Origin: an uncultured Myxococcaceae bacterium
Lineage (GTDB): Bacteria; Myxococcota; Myxococcia; Myxococcales; Myxococcaceae
Direction: 5' to 3'
Assembly: GCA_964507515.1 (NCBI GenBank)
Contig: CAZDSB010000551.1
Span: 1 to 36,129 of the forward strand
Length of the DNA stretch: 36,129 nucleotides
This document shows, in pieces, positions 24,700 through 32,832 of the stretch. Position numbers and translations under genes: made by a program. Below the pieces are notes generated by a model that worked only from the letters and a program-made list of their open reading frames with translations, did no database searches and was not told where the DNA came from. Every line of letters starts with the position of its first letter. Position 1 is the stretch's first letter.

Positions 24700-25278
24700 G
24701 TGCCGCCCGTGCGGTCCGACGCGTGGAACGTCCCAAACGTCCTTTGCTACCTCCGCCTGCTGGCGGTGCCGGTCTTCGTGTCCTTGCACCTCGGCGGGCG
24801 GCTCGGCTGGGCGCTGCTGGTGTTCCTGGCGGCGGCGCTGACCGACTCGCTGGACGGGCTCCTGGCGCGGCTGCTCCATCAGCAGACGAAGCTGGGCGCG
24901 TTCCTGGACCCTCTGGCGGACAAGCTGCTGATGGGGGCGGCGCTGATCATGCTGTTCATCGAGGCCGAGGCGCCGTTGTGGATGGTTGTCCTGGTGGCCT
25001 TCCGTGACGGCTCGATGGCACTCGGGGCCGTGGTGGTGAAGAGGAAAGGGCTGGAGCTGCCGACGGCGCCGTCCCGCGTGGGCAAGTACGCGACCTTCGC
25101 GCTGACCTGCTTCATCGTCCTCGGACTCTGTGACGAGACGTTCACCGACTCGCCCCTGCTCCACGCCTGGCTGCTGGTGGCGGGCTACTTCACGGGACTC
25201 TGCGTGACGATCAGCACCGCGCAGTACTTCCTCCGCTGGGGGCACCTCTGGGTGGCGCCGGCGCGGCGAGCGCCGTGA
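24700..25278 (+). CDS. pgsA: CDP-alcohol phosphatidyltransferase (PgsA-like)
   Basis: Motif D-x2-D-G-x2-A-R-x8-G-x3-D-x3-D is present as DSLDGLLARLLHQQTKLGAFLDPLADK. 192 aa multi-TM protein with the NVPNVLCYLRLL N-terminus typical of PgsA. Start is GTG 24700, or GTG 24709. Confidence 0.7.
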   Translation: MPPVRSDAWNVPNVLCYLRLLAVPVFVSLHLGGRLGWALLVFLAAALTDSLDGLLARLLHQQTKLGAFLDPLADKLLMGAALIMLFIEAEAPLWMVVLVAFRDGSMALGAVVVKRKGLELPTAPSRVGKYATFALTCFIVLGLCDETFTDSPLLHAWLLVAGYFTGLCVTISTAQYFLRWGHLWVAPARRAP

Positions 25279-26042
25279 GCTGGGCCGCGCTCGCGCTGCT
25301 GCTGAGCGCTGCGCCCGCGCCTGCGGACTGGGCGCTTCCCGGCGTGCGGGTGCACGTGGAGGCCTCGGAGGAGCTGGACCCAGACCGGCTGCGGGCGCTC
25401 GCGCGTCCCGAGGCGGTGCTCTGGCTGCGGACCCGGACGAACGGGCTGCGGCGGTCGACGGCCGAGACGCTCCAGCTCGCGGGGTCGGCCTTCGTCCAGG
25501 TCCGGCCGCCGCTGGGAGCGCCGGCGCTCGCGCCGTTCGTGGGCCGGGTGGGGCCTTGGGTCGAGGAGCGGGGACTCGACGTGTCGCGGGTGCGCCGCTG
25601 GTCGCCGGGGCGGCTGGCGGTGGACGTCGAGGGACCGCTCACCGAGGAGCTCGTGGCGCGGCTCCGCGTGCTGAGGCCGGTGGCCGTGCGGTGGAGACGG
25701 GGTGGCTGGCCCGCGCGCGAGGAGTGGGCGCGGGCACGGCAGCTCCCGGGGGTGGAGCTGCTGGATCCGGGTGAGGTGGCCGACTGCGCCCTGATTCCGG
25801 CGAAGACCCGCGTGCGCGTGGAGCGTGCCCGCGGTTCCGGGGAGGTCTGCGGGTTGCCCGTGCGGGTGAGGCTCACGCCGGAGGCGTCGCTCGACGACGT
25901 CCGGCAGAGCCTCCTCGGGCATCCGGACGTCGACCTGGCGATCGAGGTGGGCGACGATGCGGCTCGTGCGACGGCCGTCGCACGGCTGCTCGATGTGCTC
26001 GAGGCCGCGACGCCGCAGGGACGTCCGGCCGGAGCGCACTAG
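25275..26042 (+). CDS. Hypothetical secreted protein
   Basis: GTG 25275 overlaps the pgsA-like stop (GTGA). N-terminus MSWAALALLLSAAPAPADW is signal-like. Strong G/C third-position bias. No domain recognised. Confidence 0.5.
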   Translation: MSWAALALLLSAAPAPADWALPGVRVHVEASEELDPDRLRALARPEAVLWLRTRTNGLRRSTAETLQLAGSAFVQVRPPLGAPALAPFVGRVGPWVEERGLDVSRVRRWSPGRLAVDVEGPLTEELVARLRVLRPVAVRWRRGGWPAREEWARARQLPGVELLDPGEVADCALIPAKTRVRVERARGSGEVCGLPVRVRLTPEASLDDVRQSLLGHPDVDLAIEVGDDAARATAVARLLDVLEAATPQGRPAGAH

Positions 26043-26045
26043 GGG

Positions 26046-26435
26046 CTAGCGGAGTCCGTCGCCCTCGACCACGGAGAGGATGTTGCCGGCGGGGTCGGTG
26101 AACCAGGCCACGGTCGGTCCCTCCTCGCCGCGGTGGATTCCCTGCTCGTCGGTCCGGTAGGGCCCCTCGCGGTAAGTCTCGAAGCGCACGCCGCGTTCCT
26201 TGAGCGCGCCGACTGCCCGCTCCACGTCGTCCACGGGAAAGTTGAGGATGGTGAAGCTGGCCGGGGTGTGGTTCGGCTTGGGGTAAGCGAGGACCTTCGT
26301 GCCCGAGCCGAGGCTGATGACGAGCATCCCCTCGGCCTCGTTCACCTCCAGGCCGAGGACCCGTCCGTAGAACTGCCTTGCCTTCGGGATGTCGTTCACC
26401 GAGAAGCCACTGAACGCCTTGGATGTCTCGAACAT
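26046..26435 (-). CDS. VOC-family (glyoxalase/bleomycin-resistance fold) protein
   Basis: 129 aa. [51 protein letters not shown] is a typical VOC beta-alpha-beta-beta-beta pattern. Confidence 0.85.
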   Translation of the reverse strand: MFETSKAFSGFSVNDIPKARQFYGRVLGLEVNEAEGMLVISLGSGTKVLAYPKPNHTPASFTILNFPVDDVERAVGALKERGVRFETYREGPYRTDEQGIHRGEEGPTVAWFTDPAGNILSVVEGDGLR

Positions 26436-26699
26436 GTGTCACGTCCTTTCGGTGGCCCGTCGACCATGGACCCTTGAAGGTTGGGACGGCGCGAGGCGAG
26501 CGCACTCATCGGCCGGGGGTCTCTGCCAGGCGAGCGGCTCGCTCCCCGACCGGGCGACGAGATGCACAGCAACGGACGGGGCGGACGCAGCCCTTGCGAT
26601 GCGTCCGGTGCGACGGGGCCGTGCGAGGACGTCGCTCCCACCGCGGATCGTCGAAGTTGCTCTTGCACCTTGCGCCACGGAACCGGGCAGGGCGAGGGC

Positions 26700-27443
26700 A
26701 TGACACGCCCTCCTCCGGGTCGGGTCGCGATGCCGGTTCGTAGCCCGGCGCGCGTGGCCCCGGACCTCGCGACGCTGCCGGCGCTCGAGCGCTGCATCAC
26801 GACCTGCGTCGCCTGTCCGCGGCTGGTCCGCTGGCGCGAGGAGGTGGGGCGGGTGAAGCGCCGCGCGTTCCGCGAGTGGACCTACTGGGCGCGCCCGGTG
26901 CCGGGGTGGGGTGACCCGCGCGCACGGCTGGCGATCGTCGGCCTCGCGCCGGCAGCGCACGGAGGCAATCGCACGGGGCGGGTCTTCACCGGCGACCGGT
27001 CCGGCGACTTCCTGTACGCGGCGCTGCACCGGGCCGGACTGGCGAACCAGGCGCGGAGCGTGTCTCGCGACGACGGGCTCGTGCTGCGTGGTGTCTGGGT
27101 GACGCTCTCGGCGCGCTGTGCACCGCCGGGGAACGCGCCCCGCCCGGATGAGCTGGCCCGTTGCTCGCCCTGGCTGGCCCGCGAGCTGGAGCTGGTGCGT
27201 CCCCGGGTGCTCCTCGCCTTGGGAGCCATCGCCTGGGCCTCGGCGCTCCGCGTCTTCCGTGCCCGCGGCACCGACGTCCCGCGGCCTGCGCCACGGTTCG
27301 CGCACGGGGCGGAGGTATCGCTTCCCGGAGCGCCGTGGCTGGTCGGCGCGTACCACGTGAGCCAGCAGAACACGCAGACGGGCCGGCTGACCCCGCCGAT
27401 GTTCGACGCCGTCCTGCGCCGCGCGATCGCGCTCGGGCGCTGA
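26700..27443 (+). CDS. Uracil-DNA glycosylase superfamily protein, family-5 (UdgB)-type motifs
   Basis: ATG 26700 is in frame within track ORF 26481..27443. Cys cluster [11 protein letters not shown] (Fe-S type). Motif A is [21 protein letters not shown] (GLAPA rather than GEAPG). Motif B is AYHVSQQN. Confidence 0.85.
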   Translation: MTRPPPGRVAMPVRSPARVAPDLATLPALERCITTCVACPRLVRWREEVGRVKRRAFREWTYWARPVPGWGDPRARLAIVGLAPAAHGGNRTGRVFTGDRSGDFLYAALHRAGLANQARSVSRDDGLVLRGVWVTLSARCAPPGNAPRPDELARCSPWLARELELVRPRVLLALGAIAWASALRVFRARGTDVPRPAPRFAHGAEVSLPGAPWLVGAYHVSQQNTQTGRLTPPMFDAVLRRAIALGR

Positions 27444-27533
27444 GAGCGGCGCGCCTTCGAGCGCAGGAACCGGAACGCGCCCGCGGACGCGCGGAGACAC
27501 TCTTCGGTCCACGTCTGGATCAGGAGGTCCGCC

Positions 27534-28001
27534 ATGTCATTCAAGGTCGTGGGTCTGCCGTCGTCGGAGTTCCAGCCGCTGTACGGGCTGTCGGACAGGG
27601 AGCTCGCCGAGCGCGGCATCGAGGTGCACGTCGCGGACACGCCGACGGGATTTCCCTGCCGGGTGTCGCTCCGGGATGCGCCGGTGGGGACGCGGATGCT
27701 GCTCCTCAACTTCGAGCACCAGCCGGCGAACACCCCGTATCGCTCGCGACACGCCATCTTCGTCGAGGACGGCGCGGCGGAGGCGCATCCCGGGGTGAAC
27801 GAGGTCCCGGAGGTGCTCGCTCGCCGGACGCTGTCGGTGCGTGCGTTCGACGAGGCCGGGCAGATGCTCGATGCCCTGGTGGTGAACGGGCGGGAGGCAG
27901 CGCCGGCCTTCGAGCAGCTCCTCGCGATTCCCCGCGCGGCCTACCTGCACGTGCACAACGCAGGGCGGGGTTGCTACGCGGCGCGGGTCGAGCGTGCTTG
28001 A
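27534..28001 (+). CDS. DUF1203-family protein
   Basis: AGGAGG (27522-27527) lies 6 nt upstream of the ATG. MSFKVVGLPSSEFQPLYGLSDRELAERGIEVHVADTPTGFPCRVSLRDAPVG..LLLNFEH matches my memory of the DUF1203 signature (G.PCR..L.DA). Confidence 0.7.
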   Translation: MSFKVVGLPSSEFQPLYGLSDRELAERGIEVHVADTPTGFPCRVSLRDAPVGTRMLLLNFEHQPANTPYRSRHAIFVEDGAAEAHPGVNEVPEVLARRTLSVRAFDEAGQMLDALVVNGREAAPAFEQLLAIPRAAYLHVHNAGRGCYAARVERA

Positions 28002-28028
28002 CACCCCCGGGGGGCGGGCAGGTATTTC
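27998..28028 (+). promoter_or_regulatory. Possible tRNA-Val promoter
   Basis: Perfect -35 TTGACA (27998-28003) overlapping the DUF1203 stop. The best -10 candidates are GTATTT / TATTTC (28022-28028) at a long 18-19-nt spacing. The tRNA 5' end is at 28042. Confidence 0.3.
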
Positions 28029-28041
28029 CCCTGCCTCCTCG

Positions 28042-28113
<72 letters not shown>

Positions 28114-28187
28114 TTCGCTGCGCGTGCGCTGTTCAGCGCTGCACAGCGAGCCTTCCCTAGTCCGCCTGGCACCCGTAACGTCAGGTC

Positions 28188-28562
28188 GTGGATGCGCTCC
28201 CGCAGCACAAGACCGTTCTCCTCGTCGAGGACGACCCGGACATCCGCGAGGGGATGGCGGACATCCTGCGCGACGCCGGCAAGTGGGTGGTGGAGGCGGA
28301 GGACGGCCAGGACGCATTCGCGAAGCTGAACCTCCTCGGACGTCCGTGCCTCATCCTGCTCGATCTCCTGATGCCCCGGATGGATGGATACGAGTTCCTC
28401 GACCGGCTCAAGCGGCGCCCCGACGCGCCCCAGTTTCCGGTCCTGGTCCTCTCGGCGCATGCGAGCGCGGACGCCGCCCAGCACTACCCCGGCGTCGTCG
28501 GAACCCTCCGCAAGCCCTTCCTGGTCAAGACCTTGCTCTCCTGGGTCGAGGCGCTCTGCTGA
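28188..28562 (+). CDS. Single-domain CheY-like response regulator
   Basis: 124 aa. Acidic pocket VLLVEDDPD, phospho-acceptor context LILLDLLMPRMDG, S at VLVLSAH, K at LRKPF. No output domain. Confidence 0.9.
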   Translation: MDALPQHKTVLLVEDDPDIREGMADILRDAGKWVVEAEDGQDAFAKLNLLGRPCLILLDLLMPRMDGYEFLDRLKRRPDAPQFPVLVLSAHASADAAQHYPGVVGTLRKPFLVKTLLSWVEALC

Positions 28563-28687
28563 AGGCGCCTACCCGCCGGATCGATTGAGGGCCGCGTACG
28601 CCCTTGGTCTGATTGGCCGTCGGCGCGTCGTCCCTCGAAGCTCGCCTGCCGGCACGCCAGGTCGGAAGGTCGGCGAGGGAGGGCGCA

Positions 28688-29974
28688 ATGTCCGTCGGGC
28701 GAGGATCGCGTCTCGTCGCTCTGTCCTGTGTGTGTGGAGCGCTTCTTCCCGGCAACGCGTCCGCCGGCGGCTTTCTCTGGTACGAGATGGGCACGTCCGA
28801 GATCGGGCTGGCTTCCGCGGGCGTGACGGTGCGCGCCGGCAGTCCCTCGACGCTCCTGAGCAATCCCGCCGGACTGACCCGGGTCGAGGGGACGCAGGTC
28901 CAGGTGGGGACGAACCTGATCTACGGGAACATCCACTTCTCTCCCGATTCGCAGACCGATCAGAGGCTCGGCACGAACGACGGCGGCAACGCGGTCGGGT
29001 TACTTCCCATCGTCGGCGCCTTCGCCAGCTTCGCCCCGGAGCAGAACGTCCGCCTCGGCGTCGGCCTGTTCAGCAACTTCGGCGCTCCGCAGCACTGGGA
29101 CCCGGCGTGGGTGGGGCGGTACTACACGACCAAGACCACGCTCCTGGGGCTCTCCATCATGCCGGCGTTCGCGTGGCGCATCCTCGACGGCCTGTCGCTG
29201 GGTGGGGCGGTCAACATCATGTCCGGCCACCTGAAGCAGGACGTGGCGATCTCGAACCTCGAGCCGGGCGCCACCGACGGGAAACTGGAGGTCTCGTCGG
29301 CGACCTGGGGAGTGGGCGGGAACGTGGGCATCCTCTGGGAGCTCTCCCCGGCGACCCGCCTCGGGGTGACCTACACCTCGCCGGTGAAGCTGAACTTCTC
29401 GGCGACGCCGGCGTTCACCGACCTCGGTCCGGCCATCTCCAGGGCCATCGCTGCGGCCGCGCTGGACAAGACGAGGATCGATCTCGGGCTGAAGGTTCCG
29501 CAGACGTTCATGGTCGGCTTCGCGCAGGCCATCGGGGACCGCTGGACCCTGATGGGGGACCTGGGCTGGCAGAACTGGGCAGCGTTCGGGGAGGTCGAGG
29601 TCGGCATCTCGGCCCAGGACCCCCGGTCGGTCGTCCACCACCTCGACTACACGGACACCTGGCACGTGGGGATCGGGGCGGAGGTGCAGCTCTCCGAGCC
29701 CTGGAGGCTGAGCTTCGGTGTCGCCTACGATTCGTCGATGACCGACGACGCGAGCCGTAGCCTCTCGCTCGCTCTCGCCAGCCAGCTCCGGTTCGGCCTG
29801 GGGGCGCACGTGGCCGTGGACCGGCACTGGGACCTCGGCTTTGCCTCCGAGTTCCTCTGGGACGGTAGCCCACGCATCGACGTCGACCGGGGGGCGCTGG
29901 CGGGGCACGTCTCCGGCAGCTACTCCAGCCTTTACCTTCTGTTCTTCAACTTCAGCTTCACCTGGAAGGCCTGA
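28688..29974 (+). CDS. FadL/OMPP1/TodX-family outer-membrane transport protein
   Basis: ATG 28688 is preceded by GGGAGGG. Signal peptide ..[18 protein letters not shown]-terminal block [29 protein letters not shown] is typical of the family. Amphipathic beta-strand pattern and C-terminal FNFSFTWKA. Confidence 0.8.
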   Translation: MSVGRGSRLVALSCVCGALLPGNASAGGFLWYEMGTSEIGLASAGVTVRAGSPSTLLSNPAGLTRVEGTQVQVGTNLIYGNIHFSPDSQTDQRLGTNDGGNAVGLLPIVGAFASFAPEQNVRLGVGLFSNFGAPQHWDPAWVGRYYTTKTTLLGLSIMPAFAWRILDGLSLGGAVNIMSGHLKQDVAISNLEPGATDGKLEVSSATWGVGGNVGILWELSPATRLGVTYTSPVKLNFSATPAFTDLGPAISRAIAAAALDKTRIDLGLKVPQTFMVGFAQAIGDRWTLMGDLGWQNWAAFGEVEVGISAQDPRSVVHHLDYTDTWHVGIGAEVQLSEPWRLSFGVAYDSSMTDDASRSLSLALASQLRFGLGAHVAVDRHWDLGFASEFLWDGSPRIDVDRGALAGHVSGSYSSLYLLFFNFSFTWKA

Positions 29975-29981
29975 GCGACGC

Positions 29982-30236
29982 TCAGTGCTGTGCGAGGGGC
30001 GGAAGGCTCACGCTCGCCTTCTCGCACTGGACCTGATTCGCCTCGGCGAGTCGGCAGAGGGCGTACTCGTCGGTCTCGCTGATGCTGCCTCCACCCCAGC
30101 CCGAGTTGACCGTCGTGATCGTCCGCCGGACCAGGATGCGGTCTCCGAACTGACCGACGCCGCTCAGCCCGTGAACGGTGGAGCTGGCGCACCCGACCAC
30201 CGAGACCAGGAGAAGGACTGCCGCGAGCACGCGCAT
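29982..30236 (-). CDS. Small lipoprotein (84 aa), unknown function
   Basis: ATG 30236 gives [16 protein letters not shown] (lipobox VVGC), then a 68-aa mature part with two further Cys. It is the terminal segment of the otherwise spurious track ORF 29982..32087, which is antisense to thrS. Confidence 0.55.
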   Translation of the reverse strand: MRVLAAVLLLVSVVGCASSTVHGLSGVGQFGDRILVRRTITTVNSGWGGGSISETDEYALCRLAEANQVQCEKASVSLPPLAQH

Positions 30237-30302
30237 GTGAGACCCCCTCGACGCCGGGAAGTGGCATCCGCCCCCCCGTTCCCGATAGGTATCCGGTCTC
30301 CC

Positions 30303-32231
30303 ATGGCGGAATCCATCCAGATCACCCTTCCGGACGGCAGCACCAAGGCCGCTCCGGCCGGCATCCGCGTCGGCGACTTCGTCAAGGAGTCCATCGGCGC
30401 CGGCCTGGCGAAGGCGGCGGTCATCGCTCGCTTCAACGGCAACGAGGTCGACCTCACCCGGCCGCTCACCGAGAACGGGAAGCTGGAGATCCTCACCTCG
30501 AAGACCCCCGAGGCCCTCGACACCATCCGTCACGACGCCGCGCACGTGGTCGCGAGCGCCGTGCAGAAGCTCTTCCCGGGCACCCAGGTCACCATCGGCC
30601 CGACGATCGAGGGCGGCTTCTACTACGACTTCTTCCGCGACCGGCCGTTCACCCCAGAGGAGCTGGAGCAGATCGAGGCCGAGGCGAACAAGGAGGTCGC
30701 GAAGAACCTCCCCTTCGTCCGCGAGGAGGTCTCGGTCGGCGATGCGATCAAGCTCTTCGAGTCCAAGGGCGAGAAGTTCAAGGTCGAGATCATCCAGGAC
30801 ATCGTCGCCAAGGGCGCGAAGACCCTGACGCTGTACCGCCACGGCGACTGGGTGGACTTCTGCCTCGGCCCGCACGGCCCCTCCACCGGGAAGATCGGTG
30901 CGATCAAGCTGCTCAGCACCAGCGGCGCGTACTGGCGGGGCGATCACCGGAACCCGATGCTCCAGCGCATCTACGGCACGGCGTTCTTCGACAAGAAGGA
31001 CCTCGACGCCTGGCTGAAGCAGCAGGAGGAGGCCAGGAAGCGCGACCACCGGAAGCTCGGCCGCGAGCTGGACCTGTTCGAGTTCTTCCCCGAGGCGCCC
31101 GGTGCCGCCTTCTGGAGCCCGAAGGGCACCGTGCTCTATCAGGTGCTGGCGGACCGGATGCGCCGCTGGACCCGGGACAACGGTTACCAGGAGGTCAAGA
31201 CCCCACTGCTCTACAACAAGGTGCTCTGGGAGAAGAGCGGCCACTGGGGCAAGTACCGCGAGAACATGTTCCTGGTGCTCGACAGCGAGACCGGCGAGCA
31301 CGACTTCAGCCTGAAGCCGATGAACTGCCCCTCGCACCACCTGTACTTCGCGTCCCGGAAGCACAGCTACCGCGAGCTCCCGCTGCGCTACTCGACCCAG
31401 GACGTGCTGCACCGGAACGAGGCGTCGGGGAGCCTGAGCGGACTGACCCGGGTGCGCCAGTTCGCCCAGGACGACGCGCATATCTACTGCACCGAGGGTC
31501 AGCTGGCGGACGAGGTGAAGCGCTTCATCCGGCTTCTCGACCAGGTCTACGCCGCGTTTGGCCTGACCTACGTGGCGAAGTTCGGCACCCGGCCGCCGGT
31601 CCGCATCGGCGACGATGCGCTGTGGGACCGGGCGGAGGCCGCGCTCGAGTCGGCGGTGAAGTCGCTGGGCATCGAGTACCAGCAGAACCCGGGAGACGGC
31701 GCGTTCTACGGGCCGAAGCTGGACTTCCACGTGAAGGACAGCATCGGCCGCACCTGGCAGCTGGGGACGATCCAGGCGGACTACAACGCGCCCGAGCGCT
31801 TCGACCTGAGCTACGTCGGCGAGGACAACGCCGAGCACCGGCCCGTCGTCCTCCACCGGGCGATCTACGGCAGCTTCGAGCGGTTCATCGCCATCCTGGT
31901 CGAGCACTACGCCGGCGCGTTCCCGGCCTGGCTGGCGCCGATCCAGGTACAAATCGTCACCGTGGCCGACCGGCAGCTGCCCTACGCCCGCGAGGTGCAG
32001 GAGCTGCTCCGCTCGCGCGGCTTCCGCGCCGAGCTGGACGAGCGCGGGATGACGATGAACGCGAAGATCCGCGAGGCGCAGCTCCACAAGATCCCGTTCA
32101 CGCTCGTCATCGGGGACCGGGAGGTGGAGCAGCGCGCGGTCGCGCCGCGGCGTTACGGCGGCGAGGACCTCAAGAGCATGCCGCTCGATGGATTCTTCGA
32201 GCTCCTGTCGAAAGAGGCGGCTGTTCCCTAG
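30303..32231 (+). CDS. thrS: Threonine--tRNA ligase
   Basis: ATG 30303 is in frame within track ORF 29841..32231. 642 aa. N-terminal TGS domain ([11 protein letters not shown]..), editing-domain and class II core blocks ([41 protein letters not shown]), and a C-terminal anticodon-binding domain. Confidence 0.97.
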   Translation: MAESIQITLPDGSTKAAPAGIRVGDFVKESIGAGLAKAAVIARFNGNEVDLTRPLTENGKLEILTSKTPEALDTIRHDAAHVVASAVQKLFPGTQVTIGPTIEGGFYYDFFRDRPFTPEELEQIEAEANKEVAKNLPFVREEVSVGDAIKLFESKGEKFKVEIIQDIVAKGAKTLTLYRHGDWVDFCLGPHGPSTGKIGAIKLLSTSGAYWRGDHRNPMLQRIYGTAFFDKKDLDAWLKQQEEARKRDHRKLGRELDLFEFFPEAPGAAFWSPKGTVLYQVLADRMRRWTRDNGYQEVKTPLLYNKVLWEKSGHWGKYRENMFLVLDSETGEHDFSLKPMNCPSHHLYFASRKHSYRELPLRYSTQDVLHRNEASGSLSGLTRVRQFAQDDAHIYCTEGQLADEVKRFIRLLDQVYAAFGLTYVAKFGTRPPVRIGDDALWDRAEAALESAVKSLGIEYQQNPGDGAFYGPKLDFHVKDSIGRTWQLGTIQADYNAPERFDLSYVGEDNAEHRPVVLHRAIYGSFERFIAILVEHYAGAFPAWLAPIQVQIVTVADRQLPYAREVQELLRSRGFRAELDERGMTMNAKIREAQLHKIPFTLVIGDREVEQRAVAPRRYGGEDLKSMPLDGFFELLSKEAAVP

Positions 32232-32391
32232 AGGTTGAGCGGACGGCCCCGAGGGGACGCGGCGACGACCCGGGCCTCGCGTCAGCGGGCGGTTCCGCGC
32301 GGCCTGCGAGGCCTCGAGCGCTCATGGGATCCGCAGTCCGGGGCCGCAGCCTGCTGATCCAGGAAACACGCGGGCGCCTCCTCGGGAAGCA

Positions 32392-32740
32392 TTTTGGAAC
32401 GCTCGACTGCCCGGCCCCCCCGGAGCGAGACCTTGAAGCGTTCCATCCGGTTTCGCATGCGCGCTTCCAGAGTCATTTTGGAACTCCCTGCCGCCGACGA
32501 AGCCGCCGGCCCCCCCTCCCAGGCGTTCCATCAGGTTTCCCATTCGCGGCTGGGGAACCCTTTTGGAACGCTTTCGGAGGGGTTCGGGGCCCTCCGTCCC
32601 TCGGGGACCATTCCCAAAAGCTTCTCGGACCGCGCAAGGGAAACCGAAGGGAACGCTTTGGGCCCTCGCACGCGTGCGGCCGGGCGGACGAGCGTTCCAA
32701 ACTGTTTCGCGAGCGTGGCGGTTCCGGTTTCCCGGATCAG
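32392..32740. repeat. Mosaic of ~85-bp palindromic repeat units: two direct copies, a head-to-head junction, one inverted copy, and a partial copy
   Basis: TTTTGGAAC occurs at 32392, 32476 and 32561 (spacing 84/85 bp). The inverted copy shows 13/13 identity (32689-32701 vs 32393-32405) and a 22/26 block (32631-32656 vs 32438-32463). Internal inverted repeat GGAACGCT-N33-AGCGTTCC occurs at 32396-32444 and 32650-32698. Central stem CGGAGGG/CCCTCCG lies at 32575-32596. Confidence 0.75.
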
Positions 32741-32832
32741 CCCGCTGGTCTCCAGAGCGTTGCGGGATCGCGCAGGCCGTCCGGAACGGCGCCGCGAAGA
32801 ACCCCGGAGTCGCCGCGTCCCCTGGAGGCTCC

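Noticed and set aside
30237-32087. The remaining ~617 aa of track ORF 29982..32087, antisense to thrS
   Set aside because: Only the last 84 codons (lipoprotein with signal peptide and lipobox) look real. The rest mirrors thrS, which is unambiguous.
32392-32720. The TGGAAC motifs as sigma-54 -24 elements (an NtrC-type activator is in the window)
   Set aside because: The distance from the GG doublet to any GC doublet is inconsistent between copies (off by 1-2 nt from the strict GG-N10-GC spacing). Only one minus-strand site (CTGGAAGCGCGCATGCG, 32449-32470) fits the spacing, and it has a poor -24 hexamer.
32392-32740. CRISPR array. On the minus strand, 36-nt blocks begin GTTCC and end GAAAC, with an ~85-bp period
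   Set aside because: The would-be repeats are only ~75 percent identical, and the would-be spacers are themselves homologous (shared CCGGCCCCCCC and the GGAACGCT/AGCGTTCC stems). One copy is inverted, the period is too long, and no cas genes are present.
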